This document shows positions 9,240 to 19,292 of a stretch of 64,000 nt of DNA, one piece after another. The stretch is from Candidatus Fermentibacterota bacterium (lineage in GTDB: Bacteria; JAFGKV01). Where the stretch lies: assembly GCA_016928395.1 (NCBI GenBank), contig JAFGKV010000036.1, positions 1-64,000 on the forward strand. The letters are read 5' to 3'. The position numbers were made by a program, and so were the translations under genes. Within the stretch, counting starts at the first letter, position 1. Each line of letters starts with the position of its first letter. Under the pieces are notes generated by a model, which ran no database searches, was not told the origin of the DNA, and worked only from the letters and a program-made list of their open reading frames with translations.

Positions 9240-11270
9240 TCACTCCGCCTCCGACGGGACTCCCTCCGCCGGATACTGGAACCGCCAACAGCAGTTCCAG
9301 CCGGGCGTAATCCACTGACCGCCACTCTCGATCGGAACGGATGATTCCGCAGTGATCTTGTACTGATCGCCTGGCATCCACCTGTCGTCGGTGTAAGAAG
9401 GCAGATTGCCCACTGAATCAATGGTCGCTATGCAGGTGCTCAAAGCGCCTCTCTTTCGATACACCTTGAACTGAGCGAACTCACCCCAATCGTCCCAACG
9501 AAAGTGGCGATCCTCCCAAATGCTGTCCGACCAAGCCAGCACCGCCACGGTGTCGCCCCTGATCACCTCCAGATGCGCCGCTGCGTGCCCCACCGGCGGA
9601 GGCTCGTAGTCGACCCAAGACTCATTGAAGTAGGGGTTGTCGAACGCCTGGTGCGTGGGGTCGTCTGATGCCTCGCGATCCATGAACTTCCGGAGGAAGT
9701 GACGCCCATCCCCAGTGACATCGAAGTACACGGAATCTGTGGTGATGACCTCGAAGTACAGGAACCCCAGATAGTGCGCCCGATACACATACGCCGTATC
9801 AAGGGCGGCCTGAATCCTCTCGTGAACGAGAGCCAACGTATCAGGATTGGAAATGTGCCTGAGGAACCCAGACTGGGTCGGGTCATACTGGAATGTCCCC
9901 CAGTCGTTCCCGAAGGAGGCAATCAGACTGATGATCCCATTGCAATTAACTGTCATGGAATCTAGCAGGGTGCACCCGCTGCCGTACCCATCTACCACAT
10001 AGACCCAATAGGGGGATCCCGTCGGTAGACACCCATTGGCAATACCATGCGAGAAGACCATCGCTTCAGGAACGCCTGCGGTCGATCTGCTGTCATTGCA
10101 TGACTCCTGAGCCCAGTTGATGAGTTTCGGCCGGAAACCGACCCCGGCAGAATCCATCTCCGTCCACGCAGAGAAGTAAAGGACATCGCTGTCGCTCCCG
10201 GCTGGGGGGTAGGGAGGAGCAACCCCCCCCGCCACGTACCCCGAGTCCCCTGGCGAAGGCTTGCACTTCGCGGGAAGGGTGTCGCCAGCCACAATGTAGA
10301 CAAGGCTGTCGCAGTACACCCAGCGATATCCGTATGGGGAGGTGCTATCAGGAATGGCGTACTCCTCGAACGCCCAGGCCAGCCGACCTTGCCAAAGCTC
10401 AGGATCCCAGTACCTCAGGTTCCAGGTGGTGAAGTCGGTGCCGAAGAGCTCATTGAACGTGACCTGTCGTCTCGGAAAGGCCTCTGCCGGGCTCGGATCA
10501 TCCGAAAACTGGGCTCCTCCAGGATACCCCAACCCCGCGAAGACCCCAGTGTCGGCATACGCGCCGCGGTGCGTCAGGTAGTCTCGAAACTCCTCCACCA
10601 TCGCGGGCTCATACCCGCCGAGCTTGCAGCTCTGGCCTGCCCAGTGAAAGCCAAAAATGGGTTCCTTTGGACCGTTCACAACGACCAAGTTGTCGTGTGC
10701 ACTGAGACACGTCATGATCGCCAGTGAAACCTCGTCATGGATTTCGCGAATCCGCTCTCGAAAGTTCACAGCCTCATCCCATGCGTACCTGGAAAAGGTA
10801 GGGAAATGCCTGTACGAGTGATAAGTGCTGTCCATATCGGCGATCGTACCGCCGTCCTGCATCCATTGACAAAGGACGGGGTTACTCCGGATTCGATCGC
10901 GGATCTCGGGATAGTCGACGCCCATGTAGGACACGTCACTGACCCCGGAGATCGCTCCGAAGGCTAGATCATATCCCTCAAGGCGAGTGGCGATGCTGTC
11001 GAGTTGACCGGGGCTCTGTTGCTCCTGGTGAAGGTCATGTATGACGTCGAAGCCCAGCCTGCAGTACAGCCGGTCCCGACCAAGTGTATCACGGAGAATC
11101 GTCGAGAGTGAATCCCAATCAGGTGGATACTCTGAGCCTTGGCCAAATAGAACGTACATCGTGTTGGTCTGGTCAGGCTCTGGTAGAAGTTCGTACGCGG
11201 AGACGCCCAGAGGCAACCACACGAGTATCACCAGAAGCCATCCGCACGAATAGGGCCGCGAGTGATGCAC
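9240..11270 (-). CDS. Secreted GH-A-like (GH42-related) TIM-barrel protein with C-terminal FN3-like domain; paralog of 15885-18611
   Basis: Signal peptide (WLLVILVWLPLGVSA); segment YEPAMVEEFRDYL...FNELFGTDFTTW resembles the GH42 F-x-x-W-L...LN-x-x-W-G-T region. Start uncertain (GTG 11270 chosen; ORF open to 11429). Confidence 0.55.
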   Translation of the reverse strand: MHHSRPYSCGWLLVILVWLPLGVSAYELLPEPDQTNTMYVLFGQGSEYPPDWDSLSTILRDTLGRDRLYCRLGFDVIHDLHQEQQSPGQLDSIATRLEGYDLAFGAISGVSDVSYMGVDYPEIRDRIRSNPVLCQWMQDGGTIADMDSTYHSYRHFPTFSRYAWDEAVNFRERIREIHDEVSLAIMTCLSAHDNLVVVNGPKEPIFGFHWAGQSCKLGGYEPAMVEEFRDYLTHRGAYADTGVFAGLGYPGGAQFSDDPSPAEAFPRRQVTFNELFGTDFTTWNLRYWDPELWQGRLAWAFEEYAIPDSTSPYGYRWVYCDSLVYIVAGDTLPAKCKPSPGDSGYVAGGVAPPYPPAGSDSDVLYFSAWTEMDSAGVGFRPKLINWAQESCNDSRSTAGVPEAMVFSHGIANGCLPTGSPYWVYVVDGYGSGCTLLDSMTVNCNGIISLIASFGNDWGTFQYDPTQSGFLRHISNPDTLALVHERIQAALDTAYVYRAHYLGFLYFEVITTDSVYFDVTGDGRHFLRKFMDREASDDPTHQAFDNPYFNESWVDYEPPPVGHAAAHLEVIRGDTVAVLAWSDSIWEDRHFRWDDWGEFAQFKVYRKRGALSTCIATIDSVGNLPSYTDDRWMPGDQYKITAESSVPIESGGQWITPGWNCCWRFQYPAEGVPSEAE

Positions 11271-11785
11271 CAATCGGGGCAGCTGAGCTGCGGTCGTTTG
11301 AGAGCGAAACACGTTGACATCCCCTGCAAGAGTGAAAACAACAGTGCTTCTGATGCATGCAGATTGGATGAGGAGGACAGAGCCATGGCCGCGTCCACCG
11401 CATCCCCCTTTCCCAGCACGCGCGCCCACGAGGCATCTGCTCCGCTCACCCCGAACGAGCCCATTAACCGCCTGGAGTCTTCAGATGTCAAGGGCGTTGC
11501 GCTGACTCCGCGGAAGACCCCGACCAGATGTCGCTGAACAGCTCCACGATCCCCGGTTCACGACGTGTGGGTTTGCGGGCACGGCGAGTCTCGAGGACGT
11601 GCCCGTGGGGCGAGTCAGGCTCGATGCCTGGACTGTCGACCTTGATGACTACTCAGTCCATCGCCTCGCCAATTCTCGCCCGTTCATCAATCGACCTGGT
11701 GCGCATTAACTCCCTATTCCCCTCGACAGTCGAATCCACCGACAAGGCGGCCGTTCAGAACTCAAGCGCGGGGCATCGTGGGGCG

Positions 11786-11807
11786 ACTATTCTCATATTA
11801 GAATAGT
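11786..11807. promoter_or_regulatory. AT-rich 8-6-8 inverted repeat, candidate operator in a divergent intergenic region
   Basis: ACTATTCT-CATATT-AGAATAGT between divergently oriented genes. Confidence 0.4.
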
Positions 11808-12056
11808 GCGGGAATGACCATTCGCGACCCCTCCTGCGGGCACACGGCGAGGCTGCCTGCCCCAACTCCTGAACAGACCAAGAGCCAGGCCCACGGGAGG
11901 TAGGTGGGCGGCACTCGGTAGCTACGGTGGAGTTCGCGCCGGGTACCCCGTCGCCGTACAGGATTGCACAACAGAAACACTGTACTGGACAGAATCACGG
12001 GTTCTCCTCCATACTGTCGAGGATGAGGCGCCCCGAGACATCCATGGAGGTGATGG

Positions 12057-12824
12057 ATGACGACCCTTTTCTTCATTCATGGTATGTGGGCTGCGTCGTG
12101 GGTGTGGGAGCCGTTCTCGCGGGTGTTCGAGGAGAAGGGCTTCTGCTGCATCCGCCCGACGCTTCGGCATCATGTCGACGGTCCCGCCACGCCCGACCGG
12201 GGCCTTGGCACCACGAGCCTCCTGGATTATGCCGCGGATTTGCAGCGGGAGATCCGCGCTTTGCCTGATCCTCCCGTGGTGATCGGTCACTCCATGGGAG
12301 GCCTGCTGGCTCAGATACTGGCGGCCCGGGGGCTGGCCCGCGCGGCCGTGCTTCTGACGCCGGCCTCTCCCCGCGGCATTGTCGCGCTGCGGCCTTCGGT
12401 GATGCGCGCCTTTGCCAGCATCATGTGCCGCCCCGGTGTCTGGAAGCGCCCCATGCGCCCGACCTTCAACGAGGCCTCCTATGGCATCTTCAACATGGTG
12501 CCCGGGGAGCAGAGGCGAGCGTTGTTCGACAGGTTCTGCTTCGAGAGCGGCCGCGCCGCAGCCGAGATCGGCTTCTCGTGGCTGGATCCCGCCAGGACCG
12601 CCGCCGTGGACGCCCGGGCAGTCACCTGCCCCATGCTGGTCATCGGCGCCCAGCACGACAGGATGACACCCGCCCCAATCGTGCAGAAGATCGCCCGCTG
12701 CTATCCCACCGCGACCTACCGCCTCCTTCCCGGCTTTGGCCACTGGCTTATCGGTGAGCCTGGCTTTGGGGAGGTTGCTGCGCATATCCTGGAGTGGCTC
12801 AGGGAACACGAGTCGAAGCCGTAG
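12057..12824 (+). CDS. Alpha/beta fold hydrolase
   Basis: FIHGMW oxyanion motif, GHSMGG nucleophile elbow, Asp in AQHDRM, His in GFGHWL; GGAGG RBS. Confidence 0.9.
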   Translation: MTTLFFIHGMWAASWVWEPFSRVFEEKGFCCIRPTLRHHVDGPATPDRGLGTTSLLDYAADLQREIRALPDPPVVIGHSMGGLLAQILAARGLARAAVLLTPASPRGIVALRPSVMRAFASIMCRPGVWKRPMRPTFNEASYGIFNMVPGEQRRALFDRFCFESGRAAAEIGFSWLDPARTAAVDARAVTCPMLVIGAQHDRMTPAPIVQKIARCYPTATYRLLPGFGHWLIGEPGFGEVAAHILEWLREHESKP

Positions 12825-13037
12825 GTCAAGCGAAACGGGCGCCCCCTGAGCGTCGGGGTTGCGGGGAAGAGAGTGTTGCCTCGTGACGGCCTCGCTGCAG
12901 CACACACAAGCTCCGTCAGGCGCAGCCAAGGCTGCTCTCGTGGCGTGCGTGGCTCTGTCTGGGCGCAGGCCCACCGGAGACACCATCGGAAGCCCCACAC
13001 ACTCACGCTACTGCACCCTCCTGCTGAGCGATCGCTG

Positions 13038-13087
13038 TTGCGGTGGTGTCGGTCGCGGCTATATTGGCCCCATACATAATTCTATGT
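13038..13087 (+). promoter_or_regulatory. Candidate sigma70-like promoter and overlapping operator for the RHH-cysDN operon
   Basis: TTGCGG-N16-TATATT (13038-13065) followed by the inverted repeat ACATA-ATTC-TATGT (13074-13087), then GGGGAG RBS. Confidence 0.4.
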
Positions 13088-13107
13088 CATCCGATGGGGA
13101 GAGACGC

Positions 13108-13440
13108 GTGGAACAGCGTACGACAATCCAGGTAAGCGAGCCGCTTCGGCGGGCGCTGCGCCAACTTGCGGCACGCAGCGATTCATCCTACGAAGGCCTC
13201 CTCTGGGCGATGGTGGAGCTCTTCCGGGAACTTGAACCCGGGCGCACGCTCGTATCTATCCCCAGTGACCTGGCCCGTAGGATGTCTGATCTATCCGCGG
13301 GCACCGATTGCCGAACCCTGAGTGAATACGTCACCTTTCTCCTCAGGCTTGTCCTCTACGAGTCGCCCGGGGGTTCACCACCGGCCTCGGAGGTCAGCGA
13401 GCGGATGCGGGAGAAGCTTCAGCGGCTCGGATACCTCTAA
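13108..13440 (+). CDS. Ribbon-helix-helix (CopG-like) regulator with two RHH-like units and an LGY tail
   Basis: RTTIQVSEPLRRALRQLA...SYEGLL and TLVSIPSDLARRM...TLSEYVTFLLR; ends EKLQRLGYL; GTG start after RBS. Confidence 0.7.
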   Translation: MEQRTTIQVSEPLRRALRQLAARSDSSYEGLLWAMVELFRELEPGRTLVSIPSDLARRMSDLSAGTDCRTLSEYVTFLLRLVLYESPGGSPPASEVSERMREKLQRLGYL

Positions 13441-13456
13441 CCACGAAGGAGCATGC

Positions 13457-14260
13457 ATGGACCGGCTCAGTGCCCAGGAGAGCAAGAGTATCTACATCAT
13501 CCGGGAAGCATACGCCCGTTTTCCAAAACTGGCGATACTATGGTCGATCGGCAAGGATTCGACGACCATGCTGTGGATGTGCCGCAAGGCCTTCTATGGG
13601 GAAATCCCCTTTCCGGTCATCCACATCGACACAGGCTACAAGTTCCCTGAGATGTATGAGTTCCGCGACAGGTATGCAAAGGAGTGGGGGCTGAACCTCA
13701 TTATCGGACGAAACGAGGAGGCTATCGCGGGCGGGATGGGGCCGACTGTGGGAACCAAGCTCACCTGTTGTACCGAGTTGAAGACCAATGCCCTGAAACA
13801 ACTCCTGGCCGGCATGGATCTCCAGGCCATCATCCTCGGCATCCGACGCGACGAGCATGGCATTCGCGCGAAGGAGCGCTACTTCTCGCCCCGGGACGAG
13901 CAGTTCCAGTGGGACTACAAGAATCAGCCGCCAGAGCTGTGGGATCAATACAAGTCAACATCGGAAGACGGCACCCATCTCCGCATACATCCCCTCCTGC
14001 ACATGACGGAGCTGGAGATCTGGGAATATGTTCAGAGAGAGCGGATCCCGATCAGCCCGCTGTACTTCGCACGCAACGGCAAGCGGTTCAGGTCTTTGGG
14101 GTGCGTGCCATGCTGCGCGCCGGTGGATTCCACGGCGGCAACGGTCGACGACATCGTGACCGAGCTGCGCACAACGAAGGTCGCCGAGCGTTCAGGCCGC
14201 GCGCAAGACAAGGAAGATGCCTACACCATGCAGAAGCTGCGCGCTTTGGGCTACATGTAG
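13457..14260 (+). CDS. cysD: Sulfate adenylyltransferase subunit 2
   Basis: PP-loop [24 protein letters not shown]...[26 protein letters not shown]. Confidence 0.93.
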   Translation: MDRLSAQESKSIYIIREAYARFPKLAILWSIGKDSTTMLWMCRKAFYGEIPFPVIHIDTGYKFPEMYEFRDRYAKEWGLNLIIGRNEEAIAGGMGPTVGTKLTCCTELKTNALKQLLAGMDLQAIILGIRRDEHGIRAKERYFSPRDEQFQWDYKNQPPELWDQYKSTSEDGTHLRIHPLLHMTELEIWEYVQRERIPISPLYFARNGKRFRSLGCVPCCAPVDSTAATVDDIVTELRTTKVAERSGRAQDKEDAYTMQKLRALGYM

Positions 14261-14273
14261 AGGAGGCTCACTG

Positions 14274-15506
14274 ATGAACCGCGAATCACTGCGCATCGTA
14301 ATCGTCGGTCATGTGGACCACGGCAAGTCAACCCTCATCGGCCGTCTCTTCTACGATACCGGGTCGCTGCCGCCGGAGAAAATGCGGGAGATCGAGCGCA
14401 TCTCGGAGGACCTCGGGCACGATACCGAGTTGGCGTTCCTGATGGATCATCTCCAGGAGGAACGCGACCAGGGCATTACCATCGACACGGCCCAGACCTT
14501 CTTCAAGACCGCCACACGAGACTATGTCATCATCGACGCCCCGGGGCACCGCCAGTTCCTCAAGAACATGATTACCGGCGCCAGCCAGGCCGAAGCCGCC
14601 CTTCTCGTAGTCGACGCGGAGGAAGGCGTCAGGGAGCAGACGCGGCGGCACGCCTACCTCCTGAGCCTTCTGGGGCTGCGGCAACTGGTAGTCGCGGTCA
14701 ATAAGATGGATACGGTGGAGTTCTCAGAATCCCGTTTCCGGGAGGTAACCGAGGAACTGGCGGCATTCCTATCGGGGATCGCTTCGGCCTCTACCTACAT
14801 GGTCCCCATATCCGCACGGCGCGGTGACAATGTGGCCCGACGTTCCCAGGATCTGCCGTGGTACGAAGGCCCCACAATTCTGGAGGCCCTGGATCGCTTC
14901 CAGCCCGTTGAACCGCAGCTTCGTCCCTTCCGGTTTCCCGTGCAGGGCATCTACCCTCGGGATGGAACTGAGATCGTCGCGGGCAGGGTCGAGTCAGGAA
15001 TGGTGCGGTCAGGAGATGAACTGCTCGTGCTCCCCTCCGGTGTTCGCACCACGGTCACCGGTGTGCACGAATTCCTCGCCACGCCAACGGTGCTGGAGCC
15101 CGGTCAGAGCGGAGGGATCACAGTGTCGATCGCGAAGCCGGCACGGGGCGACATGCTGGTGGCGCTTGAAAACCCGCCCACAGCGCGCACCTCGATCCCT
15201 GCCACGGTGTTCTGGATGTCCCGCCAGCCTCTCTCGTTGACCGAACCGCTGACCTTCCGGTGCACGACCCAGGAGGTGCCCTGCCGGGTAGCCAGAATCA
15301 GGCGGCGGCTTGACAGTTCCACGCTCACGGTCATCGATGAAGATGCCGATACCTTGGCAGATACTGAGGTGGCCGAGCTGGAACTGGAGACTGGACGGCC
15401 CGTCGTCGTCGAAGAACACGCCTTCCTCCCCGAACTCGGCCGCTTCGTGTTGGAGCGAGGCTACGACGTCGTTGCCGGTGGGATTGTCACGAGTCTTCCC
15501 GCCTGA
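14274..15506 (+). CDS. cysN: Sulfate adenylyltransferase subunit 1 (EF-Tu-like GTPase), no fused APS kinase
   Basis: [24 protein letters not shown]; directly downstream of cysD; ends after domain III. Confidence 0.9.
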   Translation: MNRESLRIVIVGHVDHGKSTLIGRLFYDTGSLPPEKMREIERISEDLGHDTELAFLMDHLQEERDQGITIDTAQTFFKTATRDYVIIDAPGHRQFLKNMITGASQAEAALLVVDAEEGVREQTRRHAYLLSLLGLRQLVVAVNKMDTVEFSESRFREVTEELAAFLSGIASASTYMVPISARRGDNVARRSQDLPWYEGPTILEALDRFQPVEPQLRPFRFPVQGIYPRDGTEIVAGRVESGMVRSGDELLVLPSGVRTTVTGVHEFLATPTVLEPGQSGGITVSIAKPARGDMLVALENPPTARTSIPATVFWMSRQPLSLTEPLTFRCTTQEVPCRVARIRRRLDSSTLTVIDEDADTLADTEVAELELETGRPVVVEEHAFLPELGRFVLERGYDVVAGGIVTSLPA

Positions 15507-15519
15507 ATCGATTCTCATC

Positions 15520-15553
15520 GGCGCTGGGGTCGCAGACCCGAGGCCCCAGCGCC
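15520..15553 (+). terminator. GC-rich hairpin just after cysN (possible terminator)
   Basis: GGCGCTGGGGTC-N10-GGCCCCAGCGCC, 13 nt after the stop; no clear U-tract. Confidence 0.4.
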
Positions 15554-15884
15554 ACGTGCCGGGGAGCGGGGCTCAGCCTGGCCACCGAGGGCGGTTGCCA
15601 TCACAGCGAGGGCAAGTCGACTCACCATCCGCGGGTCATTGCCGCTTTCAAACGAGGAGGGCGTTCCATACCCTCGACACCATCGAGGGGTCGCCGCGGG
15701 GGGTACACGACTCATGCTGGCCACTCGATTCCCCATGGCCAGAATCCCGTGCACATCTATTCTGGACTAGTCCGTGAAGATCCATCATCCTCTGCCCAAC
15801 CCATGGGCGTGGGAAGCGCCGTGCCCGCGGCAGGGAGGTCGTTTCTTCACCCCACACGGGTCACGTCACGCTCACCGCCAACCA

Positions 15885-18611
15885 TTATCGAAGGATAACC
15901 ACTCTCCGATGCATGGTCAGACCTGGGGCTGAAGCGCGGGCCACGTACAGACCGCTTGGAACGGCGCCGTCTAGCTCGAGGCGGGCCTCGAAGACCCCGC
16001 TGTCGTGAGTGAAACCTCCGATGGTGTGCACGACGCGACCGGCAATATCCACCAACTCGAGAGTAACCGGGCATGCCGGGAGACCGAGACGCCACTTTAC
16101 CATGACCCGATTGGACGCCGGCTGAGGCGTAATCATAAGCGCACCTGGAAGCGCCGCTGCGTCGGCCGGAAGGGCCTCAATTTCCATCGAGACTGCGATG
16201 GACGTGACGGGCTGGAACGGGTCATTGGAGTATACAAGAAGATCTCCGTTGTACGTGCCGGAACCCATGTCGTCGCTTTCAAGGGCAATCGAAAGCCCGG
16301 CAACGTCGTTCGGAGCGATGGAGAGGGGGAACTCCGAGACGGACAGCCACGGACTGGGGGCCGCCACCGAGTCGATGTAGAGGGGCTTCAAGCCCGTGTT
16401 GGCCAGTAGCACTGTCGTGTCCAGTGCTGCATGTTGTTGCAGCGTAACATGGACGGAGTCCGGCGCGATGATCTGAGGTGCGACCCAGATGCGCGCAGGA
16501 TCGCTCATGTCGCCTCCGTTGTCCACCGCGACCACCGCATAGAAGATCGAGCCGGCGACAGGAAGTACGGAATCCACCACAGAGAACGATGGCACCATCA
16601 GCGTGGTCAGCACATTGAGAGCCGAGGGCTCAAACGCCGGCACGGTATCTCGGTGAACAACAAAACGGCCGTTGGAGAACTCCGGCCAGCCATAGGTATT
16701 CTGCAGGCCCGGCCACATGTCGTGCGCTTCGGTATCGTACCATAGGAGCCTCTCACATCCCCGGTAGATCGCAGGGTCAATCTCGAAGGAGACCATCTGG
16801 ACCCGGGCCTCGTAGTGCAGCCTCCCCAACCGAGGAGAAGGGGGCAGGTAATCCAGATCGTCGGTTAGGGATGCGTCCGGAGACCAGGGGCGGAAACGGA
16901 TGGCATTGTCGGAAACGAAGTCGTGGGTGGCCCGAAGCCTCGACTCCCACTCAATGGCAGGATCCCCCCCCTGCTCAGGAGGCCGGTGGAAGTCAGGGCG
17001 GATATTGGCCCACCAGGTCGGTGTTTCCGGCGGCACCCACCACCGGAATCCACACAGAAGATGCGCGCCCATCTCCCAGTTCATCCGATAGGCGGCAGAC
17101 CACAGGTCATAGTCTGAGGAATACTCCTCGCAGCAGCTGTGCTTCAGCGGATTGAACTCGAGGTTGGCCCACTGGCCGTCTTGAGCGAGCTCTCGGAGGG
17201 CCTCAAACAATCGCATGTTGACCGTAGTCTCCCGGAAGCCGGTAATCCCCGGACGGCCATTGGTCACCGCGCAGGCTGCCAGGGTACACAACCGGTGGCC
17301 GTAGCCCCAGTAGGGCACGTCCTCTGGGTTGAGTGCATCGTCCACAAATCCGCCAGGCACCTGATGGGTGAAAATCTGAGTCGGGCTCCATCCGGCTGGT
17401 CCGGCTACATCCCACAGAAGGTTCACCGAGTCCTCACATCGGTGCTGCACCATGATCTCGCCCCAACCTTGGACATGGCCGGATCCTTCGGGATTGACTG
17501 ACTGCCATTCCCCGTCGCCGTCACCTCCATCCACGTACATATCCCACACACCGGGACCAGCCTTGGGGCTCCGCGGGTCAACCTCGTCCCATGTTGAGAA
17601 GCTGGACCCTGTCGCCGCATTGAAATCGAACACGCTTGGATACCATGGATCGGCCCCCTGCCCCTCGAACGCCCCGCCCGGGCCATAGATTCCCGTATGC
17701 GCGAGCCACTGACGCCACTCCTCCATGGCGAGGGGAGAAAAATCCGCGTAGTGCGCGCAGTCGCCCTGATAGCAACGGACATGGTTCATGTCATTCTCGG
17801 GCTCGATGCTCACGGCGACCACCAGACCGGGATACAGGTCGTTGATGGCCAGCACATGCGCCATGGCCGCCTGCATGTTGCGGTTCCAGTACCCCATGAC
17901 AGAATCGGGATTGAGCCGCGAGAAGCCCAGCATTGTCCCCAAATTGGCGTTGCCCCAGTCTCCACCCTCGACATAGTCTCTAGGCTCATGGATGCCATCG
18001 AGGTTATCACCCAGGCTGATTCTGTCGTCGTCGTAGCGCTGCACAACCTCGGGGAACCCCTCGAGAAACGCGGTGAGGTTCCCGGGAACGGCCAGCGTAT
18101 CCTCCATCGACGTCCACACCTGCCGCACCAGGTTCCCGGAGTTCAAGAAGAGCATGCCCGGCACGCCGACTTGTGCCCATGACCTGATGATAGTGGTGTT
18201 GAAGTAGAGATCTGGCCCTCTGGGAATCTGCTCGTCTTCGACAGTTGCGGGACCCGTCTGCCCCAATCCCTCTAACCCTTGATACTCCCAGCCGTTCGAC
18301 GAGTTGACCGTTTCTGTGGGCCAGAGGCACTCGCCCACTCCCAGCCTCAGGTATGGGCCATCAGGCCCAACACGGGCGATCATGTCGTTCAGCTTCGCCA
18401 CCTGGAACGCGTAGGGGAGCGGCCCATGAGGCCAACCCTCATCGTAGGGCGTCTGTCCCGTCGGCGAACCCCGGTAGCCGTCGTTCATGAACAGATAGAA
18501 CGTATTCTCGTAGGAGGGCTCCGGCAGCACCTCCTTAGCGTGAACACACCAGACACCACCGGCAGAGAAGAGCAGAATCGCGCCCAGCTTGAGGCCTGTG
18601 CTAAAGAGCAT
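15885..18611 (-). CDS. Secreted GH-A-like glycoside hydrolase with FN3/Ig domains and a T9SS/FlgD-like C-terminal sorting domain
   Basis: Signal peptide; SIEPEND (putative acid/base), DFSPLAMEEWRQWL, WANLEFNP (putative nucleophile); Ig module NTGLKPL...SNDP; CTD PQPAS...LVDIAGRVV...PSGLY...RRVVILR. Confidence 0.65.
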   Translation of the reverse strand: MLFSTGLKLGAILLFSAGGVWCVHAKEVLPEPSYENTFYLFMNDGYRGSPTGQTPYDEGWPHGPLPYAFQVAKLNDMIARVGPDGPYLRLGVGECLWPTETVNSSNGWEYQGLEGLGQTGPATVEDEQIPRGPDLYFNTTIIRSWAQVGVPGMLFLNSGNLVRQVWTSMEDTLAVPGNLTAFLEGFPEVVQRYDDDRISLGDNLDGIHEPRDYVEGGDWGNANLGTMLGFSRLNPDSVMGYWNRNMQAAMAHVLAINDLYPGLVVAVSIEPENDMNHVRCYQGDCAHYADFSPLAMEEWRQWLAHTGIYGPGGAFEGQGADPWYPSVFDFNAATGSSFSTWDEVDPRSPKAGPGVWDMYVDGGDGDGEWQSVNPEGSGHVQGWGEIMVQHRCEDSVNLLWDVAGPAGWSPTQIFTHQVPGGFVDDALNPEDVPYWGYGHRLCTLAACAVTNGRPGITGFRETTVNMRLFEALRELAQDGQWANLEFNPLKHSCCEEYSSDYDLWSAAYRMNWEMGAHLLCGFRWWVPPETPTWWANIRPDFHRPPEQGGDPAIEWESRLRATHDFVSDNAIRFRPWSPDASLTDDLDYLPPSPRLGRLHYEARVQMVSFEIDPAIYRGCERLLWYDTEAHDMWPGLQNTYGWPEFSNGRFVVHRDTVPAFEPSALNVLTTLMVPSFSVVDSVLPVAGSIFYAVVAVDNGGDMSDPARIWVAPQIIAPDSVHVTLQQHAALDTTVLLANTGLKPLYIDSVAAPSPWLSVSEFPLSIAPNDVAGLSIALESDDMGSGTYNGDLLVYSNDPFQPVTSIAVSMEIEALPADAAALPGALMITPQPASNRVMVKWRLGLPACPVTLELVDIAGRVVHTIGGFTHDSGVFEARLELDGAVPSGLYVARASAPGLTMHRRVVILR

Positions 18612-18655
18612 GACGTTGCGCAGCGTTCGAATCCGGCAGTTCAGGTGCCGTGGCC

Positions 18656-19192
18656 TTACCACGTCATACCTCGGATAACTGGGTCGGCCCACCCGGCGAA
18701 ATCCCAACCCGGATGATCAGAAGGGCCGGAATCGGTGGCAAGGAGCAGTGAGACTCGCTGACCCTCGTACAGGGAGAGGTCAACTTCGGCCTCAAGCCAG
18801 ACTCGGTCTTCATTCACCGCCTTGGGATTCACGTAACGGCTGAACGCAACGGTCGGATCGCTCGTGCCGTCGGCGATGCTGACGTGAAAGGTGACACCGT
18901 CGCCCGGCTTGTTCCAGACATCCTGGGGCATGCCCACTGCGAAACTGAGCTTGGCTTTGGCGGGCACAACCAGATCGAATCGGGCCGTGCTGACAGGATG
19001 CATGAAGATGCACTTCCTGGTGTCACCGCCGACATTGAGCACGGACTCCGAGACGAAGCTTGGCTGCTTGGCCGAGATCTTCGCCCGCGGCAGTTCGTCG
19101 ATAAGGGGAATGGTGATGACCTGCCGTTCCTTGGTGCAGGCCACCCCAAGCAGGGTGGCTGCAAGGGCTGAGATCACCGTGCATCGAATCAT
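18656..19192 (-). CDS. Lipoprotein with a beta-sandwich (CBM/NPCBM-like) domain of the kind often fused to sulfatases or GT-C proteins
   Basis: Lipobox LGVAC; GDGVTF...WLEAEVDLS...AGWADPVI; GGAGG RBS. Confidence 0.6.
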   Translation of the reverse strand: MIRCTVISALAATLLGVACTKERQVITIPLIDELPRAKISAKQPSFVSESVLNVGGDTRKCIFMHPVSTARFDLVVPAKAKLSFAVGMPQDVWNKPGDGVTFHVSIADGTSDPTVAFSRYVNPKAVNEDRVWLEAEVDLSLYEGQRVSLLLATDSGPSDHPGWDFAGWADPVIRGMTW

Positions 19193-19242
19193 GGAAATAG
19201 TACACCTCCGCACACGCGCAGACTCACATCCTCAGAAGAACC

Positions 19243-19292
19243 GGGGCTTTGAGCAGGCCAAAGGGCTAACTATGCGGATTGCTCAAAGCCCC
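19243..19292. repeat. Perfect 13-bp inverted repeat with 24-nt spacer
   Basis: GGGGCTTTGAGCA...TGCTCAAAGCCCC, extendable by GAAGA/TCTTC. Confidence 0.6.

Noticed and set aside
11488-11706. Small minus-strand ORF with a good RBS and an in-frame TGA after 17 codons (possible selenocysteine or pseudogene)
   Set aside because: The read-through product resembles nothing I recognise; no redox motif or evident SECIS hairpin.
15556-15574. GTGCCGGGGAGCGGGGCTC resembles the tRNA-Leu 3' region (GTGCCGGGAGCGGGGATC at 41242), as if an att direct repeat bounded a ~26-kb island
   Set aside because: Short GC-rich match needing a gap and a mismatch; no integrase; the interval holds housekeeping genes (hpt, tdk). 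Probably chance.
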